Shown: positions 38,551 through 50,720 of the stretch, in pieces
Layout of the letters: each line of letters opens with the position of its first letter
Numbering within the stretch: position 1 is the first letter of the stretch
Assembly: GCA_030770535.1 (NCBI GenBank)
Contig: JASVEC010000012.1
Span: 868,001 to 932,000, forward strand
Source: Batkoa obscura
Lineage: Eukaryota
Direction: 5' to 3'
DNA length: 64,000 nt
Notes under the pieces: model-generated
Databases searched by the model: none
The model's input: the letters and a program-made list of their open reading frames with translations, nothing else
Told to the model about the DNA's origin: nothing
Translations under genes and position numbers: made by a program

Positions 38551-39314
38551 GTTTTTAATTAAATAGAATTTTATTCAAATTGTATGATAGTTAATTATAT
38601 AAAACAAAGTTAGAAGTTATTAATTTTATATTTTAATTATTGTGTGATTTAGATATGATTCATACTTGATCTTTACTTTAATTCAATATACTTTATAAAG
38701 TTTAATATTAAATATTCTGTTTTTTCAATTGTTCTCTATCGATCTACTTTACTAATTGTAATTTATATAATTTAGTTTATATTTTAACTAAGTCGTTTAT
38801 AGAGTGAGTTTAGAGTTTAGAGTTTAATGTAAGATTTAAAATTATTTAATAAGAAATACAAAGATGTATGATTTTACAATCGTTTTATAGTAGTATATTT
38901 TTCAAAGTAATTGATGTTTTTAATATAGCTATTCACTTTGTGAAAAGGGTCACTGATTTTATTAACACAAATTATTTTCGGAGATAATGGAATTTCAAAT
39001 CTAAATACTAGATTCCTAATACATGATCATTTTTTAAAATTCAGATATTTACATCAAAAACAAAAGAGTTATAGTGTCTAAATAATGGGAATCTTTTCGT
39101 AAATAAAGTCATTGTATCATTAAGAAAAAGTTTTTCTATCAAATAGAATATTATACTGTAAAGTGGTATAATTTTTTTAACAGTATAAGTTATGAGAAAT
39201 CAAAATCGCTATGTAAATTATATCAAATAGCTTGTTAAAACAAAAATTAAAATTCAAAAAAGTTTACAACAGCAATAATTTTGATGTTTAGAAGCATTAA
39301 TAGAGAAATTATTA

Positions 39315-39825
39315 TAGTTACTAGCACAGTATCTTATAACCAATCGACACAGTAATAAGATAAGATACGCTAACTCTCTCTTCATCATTGCCAATTCAAA
39401 AGGTATAGTTAAAGGTATAGTTAACTTTGCCTATTTCAGAAGCAAGTAGTGAAATGATAAGGCCATCATTTAAAAATGAAATAAATTCATAGTATCACGA
39501 TGGAAAGAACCTTCTTCTTTATGCTTTTTTGATTACTTTTATCTAGACTTTTGATAATATCCCCTATACTTGGAATTTTCTTTTGTGGTGAACTTTTAAA
39601 AATATCTAAGATGGTATAGAAAGAGACTTCTTTTTAGGAAGACCTATGCGATCTCTTCCTTTCTTGGGATCGAACTTAATATTATTAAGATAAGCTAAGG
39701 TTCCTTCATAAGTAAAGATTGGCTTCTTGAAAATAGTAGTATATGGGTCTTGTTTAACATTGACTGCATCCAATACAAATACCAATACCAAAGGGAAGAA
39801 AGAGATGAGACTTCAAAGTTTAATT
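39315..39825 (-). pseudogene. Truncated, internally deleted S41 peptidase pseudogene
   Basis: KKPIFTYE...LNNI and GNDEERV segments match 26245..28155; no ATG, frameshifts. Confidence 0.85.
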
Positions 39826-40206
39826 TTTTACAATTTAAAAGTTAACTTTTAACTTGATCTACTAACAATACATTGGCTTTTTATTTTGTACTTTTTTATC
39901 ATTGACTTCAAATATTAAGTTTAGCAAATTTATTTTATTGACAAGTTCGTCGTTTTGCATTTCATTTATCTACCTGACTCTACTAGTGGCATACTATTTA
40001 CATTAAATTTGAAATTAAGCCTGTGTCAAAACCGAACTCAAGCTTATTATTTTACTTAGAAAACCATAGTAAAAAACCAGGTATAAAAGCAGAAGCTAGA
40101 ATGAACTATCCTATCAAGTATAAGATTATTAAATGAAATGGTAGAAAAGTTAGAATAATTTTCTCTTCTCTTTTCGGCTACCATGGTCAAAAAGGGAACA
40201 ATAAAT

Positions 40207-40308
40207 GGGGATGTTTTTTTTTGGTTTCATCACTTTTTGCATTTTTCAAGCGCTATTTTTAAGTGGAAAGATTGTTAGTAAAATCCTTAAACAAAAAAAT
40301 ACATCCCC
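40207..40308 (-). mobile_element. MITE family A copy
   Basis: AAAT TSD. Confidence 0.9.
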
Positions 40309-40682
40309 AAATGTTTTTTTTTGGGTCTGCAGGATATATCAGTAATAATGAGTCAGTGTTCTTTCATTATTCTACTTTTTATTCTTTTATCGTTAATAGG
40401 GCAAATGTTGTATTAGGCTTACGTTTCTATAAAATGATTATTGATAAAGTAAATTGACTTGTTTTGTTTATAAAGTATAATTTGTAACAGGCTGTATTAG
40501 ACTTTTTCATAAGTCAAATTTCAGAGACGACTTGAATCCTGTTACCTTCTTTATGTATTTGTATTATCAAGCAAATTCCAAAATAAAGGCACAGCTTTAG
40601 AGCCTATATAAAATATAGAGTTTTTTCAAAATAACATGACGGCTTGCTGTCATGAACTGTTATTTTTACTTAGAAATCAAAT

Positions 40683-40779
40683 GGGGATATGTTTTTTGTT
40701 CAAGAATTTTACTAACAATCTTTCCGCTCAAATAGCGCTTAAAAAATGGAAAAAATATTGAAGTAAAAAAAAACACCCC
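40683..40779 (+). mobile_element. MITE family A copy
   Basis: AAAT TSD. Confidence 0.9.
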
Positions 40780-40959
40780 AAATAGTAAAATCTTAGCAAT
40801 AATGAAGAAACGAAACTTGAATTATACTTTTGTATCTCATTTACTAAATTTGGAAAATTAAAATTTGATAAGTCACAGATCCTAAATAAAATTTCAAAAT
40901 TTTAATATAAAAAATAAAGTAAAGATACATTTAAAACACAAAAATTAAAATTAGCATAT

Positions 40960-41067
40960 GGGGATGTATTCTTTGTTTAAGAATTTTACTAACAACCTTT
41001 CCACTGAAATAGCGCTTGAAAAAATGGAAAAAATGGAAAAAATAATAAAACCAAAAAAAACACCCTC
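40960..41067 (+). mobile_element. MITE family A copy with internal duplication of aaaaaatgg
   Basis: ATAT TSD. Confidence 0.9.
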
Positions 41068-42019
41068 ATATGTGACTTTCTATCTAATTTCAAAATTTCA
41101 AAATTTCAAAAATAAAGCCTAAACATGACTTTTTTTGTTCTTGTTTTTTAAATGCTGATCTCTATCATAAGTTTGTAAAGCATTCTAACAAACTATTAGA
41201 ATTAAGAAATAATTTCTATTAGTTATACAAATTACTATAGCTACTAATATCGATATCATAAATTTTAAATTTCAAATATAACTTCAGTGATAGTAACTTA
41301 ATACCGTTTTATAATAAAAAACATAGCCACTCTTGAGGATAAGTTGTTTTTATAAAATTGAATTAATTCTAATAGCTATTCTAGTATTTAAAATAAAATA
41401 AATCTTTTGAATAATAAGTAATTTAACCTGATTAAGATATATTACCTTGGCAATTCAAGTTATCATAATAAAAAAATAAAGTACTTTATATAAAGAACTT
41501 ATTATTTTACATAATTTAATTAATACTATTTTTAAAATATTTTTCATGTGGAAATATTTTATTAAAATAAAATAGAATACATGTAAATTACTAATCCTTA
41601 AACAATTATTAATAAAGTTCAAAAATTGCTATTTTGGGTCAAAAAGTAATAACAATTTAATAATTCAATTTATTTAATAAGCTTATTTGATAATAATTAA
41701 AAAACAGGAGTAGCATTATAAGGAATTACTAAATTATATGGAGATTCTTTGGAGAAATTCAATGTGTAACGTAACTTTTGAATGTTTTCTCAATCAATCC
41801 CGTTACTGAAATAAATTTAGTAAATCAAATAGAATCCAACACACCACTATTTTGCGCATAAATTAGATTCTAAGGGTAATAAATTAAAATTTTAGTTTAA
41901 TATTTGGCCCCCTTAATTATATTTCTCATCCACACCATTTAAAATTAAATTAATATGTAAAAAAACAAAAAGTTATTTTTTATCTTTTCTTTACTTTCTT
42001 ATATTACCGAATAGTAGAT

Positions 42020-43825
42020 ATGGCAATAACTTTTATACTAGTTTTAATATTTTTATTAATATGGACTGGTATAGTGGCTGTATCAATGTATTTAATAAAA
42101 AGATTTAGAAATTCATTAGCTATTAGAACTCGAGGTTATTCAATAACAATTCTACTTACAACCAATCATTATTTTATTGTTTTTTGTTTAGCATTGAAAA
42201 TTTTATTGCAAGATGATGTACCTTGCTCAATGAAACTTTGGGTACCTGGCTTACTTTTACCTCTTTGGGGCGCTACTTTATTAGCTCGTTTCTTGAGAGT
42301 TTTATTTTTACATCGTGTCAATCAATTACAACTAAAACTTAGTGCAGCAATATCCACTATAAAGCCAAAAGGCATACCGGGTATTGATTTAGGTCCAAAT
42401 GATTGTACGAAACAAAGTAATTTAAATGTCTATGTTGATTTGCAAAATTCAAATTATGTCTCATTATTCCCAAGTTCTAATTCATCTACTCAAAGCTCAA
42501 AAAAAAAGTTCCCAAAGATTGATAGTTGGCTTTATGAAAATCGCATTTGGTTCACTTCCCGTGGTCTTACTTTATGTTTATTAGGCTTTTTATTTTTTAA
42601 TGTTGTTTTAACTCTTTTATTTCAAATTTTTTCAAGCTTTAGTAAAACTATTGCTAAGACCACCCCCCTTGGTACAAAATGTCCAAATCAATGGACTATC
42701 TTTCCTTCACTAGGAATAACTGCTTTAATGCTGATTATGGAATGGCCGGTTTTTGTTTTATTAATTAAAGGCATGCATGAAGCATTCGGTGTACGCTTAG
42801 AATTGGTTGCTAATCTAATATTAGCACCTAGTTTTTTAATTGTTTATACATTAGATGCATATATGGATTACGATACTGATGACATGCAATATAAATTATT
42901 TACTTTTTTGTTTATTGGACTAATTTGTTTAATGCATGTATTTACTGTTGGCTATCCCTTATTGTGGTCCAGATATCGTATTAGACTTTGTGGCAAAAGA
43001 AACAAGATAAATAAGAAAAAAAGCATATTACCAGTGATTAAAAAAACAAATAACAATACCGTTGGTGATTTGAAGAGTGGGCAACAAAACGAGCTAACAT
43101 TGAAGCAAATATTAGAAAACCAAGCTTTATTTAATGATTTCAAAATGTTCGCTGCTCATAATTTTTGCGTTGAAAATGTATTGTTTTATGAAAGATTTCA
43201 CAAATTAAAGCTCGATCAAGAAGAACAAGGTTGTCTGATTTATAAAAATGGGCAAAATGATGGGGCTTTAAGTCAGTTTGATACCTTAAAAAATGGTTCT
43301 ACTATAAACCTTGATGAAACTATTTGTCCAAACGCAATTCGAGCAAGTGAAACTAATAACGAAGATTGGCAAACAACCTTAAGATCTCAATATACGCAGT
43401 CGATGGGGGATATTAAGAGGTCGGATATAGCTTTAGAAGAATTGAGAAAACAACGACAGTCAGTTCCAGCTCAGCCACAAGAGTTGAAAAACGAGACCAA
43501 CAATACTTTATCTATTAGAGAAACCCCTTCTTTTAGTTTCAATCTGGTATCATCGTCTATTGATGTCAATTGTGCTACACCACAAACTCCTCAACAATAT
43601 GAAGTATTAGCTCTTTATAGAGATTTCATTGCTAAAGAGTCCGCGGTGCAAGTTAATTTGACTGGATTTACTAAAAAACAAGTCCAAGAGAAATTAAAAC
43701 AAGGGATCCTGATACCAGAAATTTATAATATAGCCTACGAAGAAGTTTATTCTATGCTATTACAAGATATCTTTCCAAGGTATTTAACTGCTATTCAAAA
43801 CGGAAGACCTAGAGTTATTGATTAA
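42020..43825 (+). CDS. 7TM-RGS protein (GprK/AtRGS1-like architecture)
   Basis: About 7 hydrophobic segments, then FKMFAAHNFCVENVLFY and YRDFI...QVNL...AYEEVYSML..DIFPRYL (RGS motifs). Confidence 0.85.
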   Translation: MAITFILVLIFLLIWTGIVAVSMYLIKRFRNSLAIRTRGYSITILLTTNHYFIVFCLALKILLQDDVPCSMKLWVPGLLLPLWGATLLARFLRVLFLHRVNQLQLKLSAAISTIKPKGIPGIDLGPNDCTKQSNLNVYVDLQNSNYVSLFPSSNSSTQSSKKKFPKIDSWLYENRIWFTSRGLTLCLLGFLFFNVVLTLLFQIFSSFSKTIAKTTPLGTKCPNQWTIFPSLGITALMLIMEWPVFVLLIKGMHEAFGVRLELVANLILAPSFLIVYTLDAYMDYDTDDMQYKLFTFLFIGLICLMHVFTVGYPLLWSRYRIRLCGKRNKINKKKSILPVIKKTNNNTVGDLKSGQQNELTLKQILENQALFNDFKMFAAHNFCVENVLFYERFHKLKLDQEEQGCLIYKNGQNDGALSQFDTLKNGSTINLDETICPNAIRASETNNEDWQTTLRSQYTQSMGDIKRSDIALEELRKQRQSVPAQPQELKNETNNTLSIRETPSFSFNLVSSSIDVNCATPQTPQQYEVLALYRDFIAKESAVQVNLTGFTKKQVQEKLKQGILIPEIYNIAYEEVYSMLLQDIFPRYLTAIQNGRPRVID

Positions 43826-44170
43826 CTTTTTATTTATTTTTATGTTTTTATTCTTTAAGGCCCTATTTTTTATTTATTCTTATCATTAAATTTTCCAAAT
43901 GTTAACTCTAACTATTTTATTTCATTATAATTTTTCTAATAGCACTTTTGTATTGTATTATGTGTGAACATTTTTTTCCTACTTATAACAATTCATAATA
44001 ATTTGTCTAACTTTTATGTTGCGTAAAAAGTGGTCAAAATAATAAATCAGAAAGCATTCTGGTGTGGCTTTTTTGTTAAGTTATTGTTTTGTTTACTAGA
44101 ATAAGTTTCAATATAGTGTTTACATAATGCTATTGCCTCTAAAGAGGCAATGGATTTCTACATCACAATA

Positions 44171-44327
44171 CAGCTGCTGCAACTCTATTGCAACTTAATT
44201 TGCGGTAATTTTTAGCATCAGTTATTTATTTATTTGAATTTTTTGATGCTAATTTTAAGTGTTGATTCTAGTAATATTATATTTTCAAATGAACCGTTGT
44301 TGGGTCACAATAGAGTTATAACAGCTG
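44171..44327. mobile_element. TA-flanked MITE family B (CAGCTG termini, Tc1/mariner-like)
   Basis: ta|cagctgctgcaactctattgcaac ... gtcacaatagagttataacagctg|ta; about 28-bp imperfect TIR. Confidence 0.8.
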
Positions 44328-44341
44328 TAAAGGCATGAAAT

Positions 44342-44439
44342 GGGAGTGTTTTTTTTGGTTTCATCACTTTTCCGTTTTTTAAGCGCTATTTAAGTGGAAA
44401 AACTGCTAGTAAAATTCTTAAACAAAAAAACACATCCCC
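44342..44439 (-). mobile_element. MITE family A copy
   Basis: AAAT TSD. Confidence 0.9.
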
Positions 44440-44970
44440 AAATAGCAATTTCAATTATTAAACAAGTTGAAAACAATAGAAATTTTTAATTTGAGCAAGA
44501 AGCTAATATTGACCTAAACAAAAAGCTTTAAAAATATAAATTACTGGGACATTTTAAAATATTTTTTATTTTAATGAATTTTTGATTAAAGCTATTAATT
44601 ATTTTTAATCATAGTTGTCACTTCGTCCACAGGTTAAACTTATGTAAAGTTTGGATCAAAGATGAGAGCCTAGAAAGCAAATTAACCCAATACCAATTTT
44701 GGAATTTTAATGTTTTAATTCAGTAATTATCTAGTATTTTTCAAATTTTATTGTACAAAAAATGATTAAATTAATAAAACAAAAAAAAGAATATCCATTT
44801 TTATCAATATTTACTTAAAATAGTTATATCATCACTTAAGAATTTAGATTTTAAAATGGACTTACACTATGTGAACGAATCCTTTTAATTTAGTATACTT
44901 GAACTATTATAAAAAAAGAGTACTAAAATACTTACTTTTACCCGCAAGTATAGTGATAATTTTATTATAT

Positions 44971-45069
44971 GGGGATGTGTTTTTTTGTTTAACAATTTTA
45001 CTAACAACCTTTCCACTGAAATAGCGCTTAAAAAATGAAAAAAGTGGTGAAATTAAAAAAAACATCCCC
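44971..45069 (+). mobile_element. MITE family A copy
   Basis: ATAT TSD. Confidence 0.9.
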
Positions 45070-45365
45070 ATATCATATAGCTGCGCAAGAATAATTATCT
45101 TATTTAACTTTTCTACTTTCTTCCAAAAATACCAATTAATGAACAAGCATTACAGATTTCTTTAACTCATGGTCTAAAAACTCCAATGAGAAAGAATAAC
45201 GCCGACATTTATATAAAAATGCTCATGTTAATTGTATTATTCTTCAATTTTTCATAAAAAATAGAACATACTGCGCCCAATCCATTTCTTAAGGTAAGTT
45301 GTTCAATTATAAACTATAAAAATAGTTCATTTTATCTCTATTTTGATATAAAAAAACTCATTGCA

Positions 45366-46979
45366 ATGGAGCAATCTGAAATGAATGAAATTTTTGATTC
45401 TAAACCTCATGAATTAAATAAAGAGGCAAACATAGAAGGAAACGTTGTAGCAAATCCAGAAGGCTTAGTGGATCCAATCAACAACTTGACTACTTTTAAA
45501 AAAGTGGCCTTAATTTTTGGATTAATATTATCTATTTTCATAGCTTCTTTAGATAACACTATTATATCTACAGCAATGGCAAAGATTGTATCCGAATTCA
45601 ATGCCTTAGACTCAGTTACTTGGGTAGCAGGTTCGTACTTATTAACTTCAACTGCAATCCAACCTTTATATGGTAAAATATCGGATATCTTTGGCAGAAA
45701 ATATACCATTTTAATAGCATTATTTATATTTACAATTGGTTCTATTGTTTGTGGAGCTGCTCCAAATATGATTGTCTTAATTATATTTCGTGCCATTAGT
45801 GGTATAGGCGGGGGAGGCTTATACTCTTTATCAATTATCATTATATCCGATCTTATTCCGCCAAGAATACGTGGTATTTTTATTGCTATTGCAAGTGGTA
45901 TTTATGCTGTTGCTTCAATTGTAGGGCCTCTAGTTGGTGGTGCTTTTTCAGATAAAGTGACCTGGCGTTGGGCCTTTTATGTCAATATTCCCATTTGTAC
46001 CATTACTTTTATCATTGTGTTCTTTTTCTTAAATCTTCCTATACCCAAAGGTAACATGAAAGAAAAGCTCGGTAGAGTGGATTTTTATGGCGCAATGACT
46101 TTAATGCTCTTTACTATCTGTTTAGTGCTAGGGTTGACATGGGGTGGTGGCGAATATGAATGGAATTCAGCAGCAGTAATTGTGCCCTTGGTACTTGCTG
46201 GTCTATTTTTGATAGCGTTTATCTATGTTGAATCAAAAGCTGTTAAAGAACCTATAGTACCAGGACGAGTATTAAATCGTAACACTATTTTAGCTAATAT
46301 ATCTGCTTTCTTTGTTGGTGCATTATTTATGGTATCTGTTTATTATTTACCCATTTATTATCAGGTAGTCAGGAATTATGATGCTACAAATTCAGGCTTA
46401 GAATTATTACCACTTATGCTTGGTGCTGTGGTTTGTAATTTTGTTAATGGAATTATTGTTACTAAAACTGGTAAATATCGTTTTATATCTATCATTGGCG
46501 GTATCTTTCTCATTGTTGGAGCAGCCCTCTACGGATCTCTTTACAGGGTAAACATTACACGTGTAGAGGAAATTATATTTCCATTAATCATAGGATTTGG
46601 AGTTGGTTTATCTTTTCAAAATAGTATTATGATTGTGCAAATAGCATCCACCGATGAAGATGTAGCTACTTCAACTTCATTGGCTTTTTTTAGTAATCTT
46701 TTGGGATCTTTAGTGGGGTTAGCCATTCAAGGTGCTATTTTTAATAACTATTTGGCTAATACATTGCACCAACTATTGCCTGAGTTAGATACCAAATTGA
46801 TATTAAGTTCTGTTAACATAATTTATTCGTTACCTAAGGATCAATTAAATCAGGTTTTATATGCTTATATTGAATCGTTTAGGATCCTCTATCTTTCAAT
46901 GATACCTTATGCTGCAATTGCTTTTATTACTTCTTTATTTCTTAAACATATCCCTGTAAGAGGACATGAAAAATCATAA
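45366..46979 (+). CDS. MFS drug:H+ antiporter, DHA2 (14-TMS) family
   Basis: LDNTIISTA, GKISDIFGRK, FRAISGIGGGG, GPLVGG, WRWAFYVNIP motifs. Confidence 0.93.
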   Translation: MEQSEMNEIFDSKPHELNKEANIEGNVVANPEGLVDPINNLTTFKKVALIFGLILSIFIASLDNTIISTAMAKIVSEFNALDSVTWVAGSYLLTSTAIQPLYGKISDIFGRKYTILIALFIFTIGSIVCGAAPNMIVLIIFRAISGIGGGGLYSLSIIIISDLIPPRIRGIFIAIASGIYAVASIVGPLVGGAFSDKVTWRWAFYVNIPICTITFIIVFFFLNLPIPKGNMKEKLGRVDFYGAMTLMLFTICLVLGLTWGGGEYEWNSAAVIVPLVLAGLFLIAFIYVESKAVKEPIVPGRVLNRNTILANISAFFVGALFMVSVYYLPIYYQVVRNYDATNSGLELLPLMLGAVVCNFVNGIIVTKTGKYRFISIIGGIFLIVGAALYGSLYRVNITRVEEIIFPLIIGFGVGLSFQNSIMIVQIASTDEDVATSTSLAFFSNLLGSLVGLAIQGAIFNNYLANTLHQLLPELDTKLILSSVNIIYSLPKDQLNQVLYAYIESFRILYLSMIPYAAIAFITSLFLKHIPVRGHEKS

Positions 46980-47751
46980 TATGATGACATTATTTTTTAG
47001 AAAAAAGTTTGAGCTCTATAATTAAATAAAGAATTATTAAAAGTAGCTATTATTGTTGGCTTATGATTAATTATCTAAAAATGAAATAGTGATAGATAAG
47101 CAACTATGGTTTTATCATAAAGTTATGATAATATAAAATATATAAAGTATCGCTGATACCAACTTAAAATTACAGCATTTAGCAATTTATTCATTAGATA
47201 ACATTAATCATTAAATTTTTATCAAAGATATTATATAGACTCTATTATTTGTTTATGAGTATTCAACATTTTTCTGATAATTAAGAACTCGTCTTAGGAG
47301 TGTAGATATTTCTAAAAGTTGTGTAAATTGAAACTAATTCAAAATGGAACTCAAATCTGGACCTCAGTAAAAGATAAATCATAAAACTAATGATTATAAT
47401 GGTAAAGATAATGGTGTGTATAGAAATCAAGTAAGATGGACAATTTTAACATTTAAAGAATTAAAATAAGAAACTGAGCTATTTACTTTTACAACCCACA
47501 TATGGTTTGTTTTAATAAGCGGATACTAATAAAATTACTAAAGCTAGAATTAAAGTTGAAACCCAACTTTCAAATTTTTTCGAAAAAGCTGCTATTCCCA
47601 AATAAGTTACACGAGTGCTCAATATTCAATATTAGAGGCTAAAAAAGAGTACAAATTTTATATTGAATTACAATATCTCGATTAACTAAAAAGTATATAA
47701 AATAAAATAATTTTGATATTAAAGATAATTTTTATAAATCGATTTTTAATA

Positions 47752-48660
47752 ATGAAATTAATTCCAGCATTAACTACTGCTCTTTTATTCACTTCTAATA
47801 TCCAAGCAAAATGTGCCTCCGATAAGTATCGAGTTGTTGCTGTAGGTGATTTACATGGGGATTATGAGAACATGATCAAAATATTACAAATGACCAAAGT
47901 CATCAATGACAAGAATGAATGGGTAGGAGGAAGCCATACAACTTTAGTACAAACTGGGGATGTAGTTGATCGTGGTCCAGATGCCAAAAAAATATATAAT
48001 TATTTTATGGGACTTCGTGAAGATGCTCTTTCCAAAGGTGGTTTATTTGTTCCATTATTAGGTAATCACGAAACAATGAATCTTTCCGAAGATTATAAAG
48101 ATGTATCTGAGGAAGATATCGCTAAATTTGGTTCCAAAGAGAAACGTAAAAAAGAATTTAGTAAAATTGGTAAAATTGGGCAATATTTAAGAAACCTTAA
48201 CGTTACTGCTAAAGTTCATGATACTATTTTTTGTCATGGTGGTGTCAATTTAGATTGGTCAAAAAAGAAAGTAGAAGGTTTAAATAAGGAATCTCATGAA
48301 TATCTTTTATTAGATAGTGCTAGTGAGTTAAGTAAAAGAGCTATCTTTACAAAAGAAGCTGATGGTCCACTTTTCTACCGTGGCTATGCCAATGATGAAG
48401 AAAATAAAGTTTGTTCTAAATTAAGTAAAGCATTAGATAATTTAGGTGCTAAACGTATGGTTATGGGACATACTGTTCAAAAGAATAATAAGATAACAAC
48501 TCGTTGTAACAATCGTGCTATACTTATTGACATTGCTATTTCTTCTTTTTATGATGGTGGTCATTTAGGTGCCTTTGAGTTCACGGATTCTTATATGCGT
48601 GCAGTTTATCCAAATAATCAATTTGAACATTTTGGTCAACCTAAAGGTATTTCAAATTAA
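47752..48660 (+). CDS. Shewanella-like PPP metallophosphatase with signal peptide, copy 4 (intronless)
   Basis: PPP motifs intact; true ATG at MKLIPAL. Confidence 0.92.
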   Translation: MKLIPALTTALLFTSNIQAKCASDKYRVVAVGDLHGDYENMIKILQMTKVINDKNEWVGGSHTTLVQTGDVVDRGPDAKKIYNYFMGLREDALSKGGLFVPLLGNHETMNLSEDYKDVSEEDIAKFGSKEKRKKEFSKIGKIGQYLRNLNVTAKVHDTIFCHGGVNLDWSKKKVEGLNKESHEYLLLDSASELSKRAIFTKEADGPLFYRGYANDEENKVCSKLSKALDNLGAKRMVMGHTVQKNNKITTRCNNRAILIDIAISSFYDGGHLGAFEFTDSYMRAVYPNNQFEHFGQPKGISN

Positions 48661-49755
48661 TAAAATTATTTTATAATTGTATGGTTTGTTATTTATTAGA
48701 TAAAATTTAAAACATTGAAGTTATTTGAATTAGATCTATCTAAAGTAGTTTTTATATGTACCTTTTTTATTACTTATTTAATAGAAATAAATCAGCATTA
48801 AATGTAAGTATTAGTATTAGTGAATAAAAAGCCGTCAATCTCGAATTATTGATTAATTTATTTAAAAATATTAGGACTTAAATGAATAAGTGCTTTATTA
48901 AATTAAAATAAGTAAAGAACATTGTATGGTCAATTGAATAAGGTACTAATACTAACTTTTCGATTGTTCTGTAGATATCATTTTTCTAGGCAATGTATCA
49001 TTTTAAATACAACTTTAGTGTTAATAAATTAATACCATCATCTTTAATGGAATGTTTTCAATGGGAGCAGTAAATGATTCAAAAAATGTACTCAATAAAT
49101 AAATAATAGAGTTTAGTTAAATTAATACTAAAAACCCTTAGTTTGATATAAACTTAAATTTGTAAAATTTAAATAATCAATTATAAAATAATACAGATGG
49201 GAAATATTCGTTTAATGATCAACTTTGATTCCCAGTATTTGAAAATAAATTGAATCTTAAATATAAGCTAGGTCATCAACTAAATTATTGAAGGTATTTC
49301 AATACTTCAAGGATTCCATATCAGAATAAATGATATTTTTTTATAGCCTTATTTAAAAGTAAATCCATTTGGGTACTAACTCTATTCTAGTTTATAGTAG
49401 AAGTTTATTAAAGTTTGAACTATAAATCTAATAACAATAACTAATAAAAATAATAATAAATTTACATTCACCAGTAATGGTAAATAAATTAAAGTTGACA
49501 CATGTATTAATTGAAATAAAGAATAAATAAAACCATTTTAGTAAACTTTATATAAATATATTATTACGTAATTTTAAATTACTAAAATTAGATATCAAAA
49601 ATTAGTTAAAGAATATTAAATCAAAATCTATACATGAGGGCTCAATGTCAAAGGTCAGAAGATAAATAATGATACAAGTTTTTGGATTATAATATTCGAT
49701 CAGAAACATATATATACATATACTTATTAAGTTTTACTTTGAATTATTTTCAATC

Positions 49756-50720
49756 ATGAAATATATCTCAACTTTAATTATAACTCTCTTACTCAACTCT
49801 AATTTCCTAATACAATGTCAATCAACTAACTATCGTGTTGTTGCTGTAGGTGATATCCATGGGGATTATGAGAATATGCTTAAAGTTTTAAAAATGACAA
49901 ATGTGATTGATGATGACAACCAATGGATTGGTGGAAATAGTACCACTTTAATACAAACGGTAATTCACTTTAAATAAATTCAATTTAATTAATTGAATAT
50001 TTATTATTGATATAGGGAGATGTAACCGATCGTGGTCCCAATGCTAAAAAAATATACAATTACTTTATTTCACTTCGCCAAGACGCCTTTTCAAAAGGTG
50101 GTTTATTTATCCCATTATTAGGCAACCATGAGGCCATGAATTTAGCTGAAAACTATAAATATGTATCTGAGGAAGATATTGATAACTTTGGCTCAGAAGA
50201 AGAACGTAAAAAAGAATTTAGTAAATCTGGTGTTATTGGACAATATTTAAGAAACCTTAACATCACTGTTAAACTTCATGATACTATCTTCTGCCATGGT
50301 GGTGTCAATTTAGATTGGTCAAAGAAGAAAGTGGAAGGTTTGAATAAAGAATCCCATGAATATTTATTATTAGATTCTGCTAGTCAATTAAGTAAACGGA
50401 CTATATTTACTCAAAAAGGGGATGGTCCACTTTGGCATCGGGGCTATGCAAATGATGAAGAAGATGAAGTATGCTCTAAATTGACCACAGCTTTAGATAA
50501 TTTAGGTGCTAAAAGAATGGTGATGGGACATACTATTCAAAAGAATAATAAGATAACAACTCGTTGTAATAATCGTGCTATCCTCATCGATGTAGCTATT
50601 TCTTCCTATTATGATGGTGGTCATTTAGCTGCTTTAGAATTTAGTGATTCTTATACACGTGCAGTCTATCCAAATGATCAATTTGAATATTTTGACCCAC
50701 CTGAAAGTATTACCAATTAA
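49756..50720 (+). CDS. Shewanella-like PPP metallophosphatase with signal peptide, copy 5 (intron 49960..50015)
   Basis: GDIHGD, QT|GDVTDRGP, GNHE, HGG, GHT. Confidence 0.9.

Noticed and set aside
44132..44151. Hairpin attgcctct-aa-agaggcaat as a Helitron 3' end or terminator
   Set aside because: No correctly placed CTRR end, and bacterial-type terminators are not relevant here.
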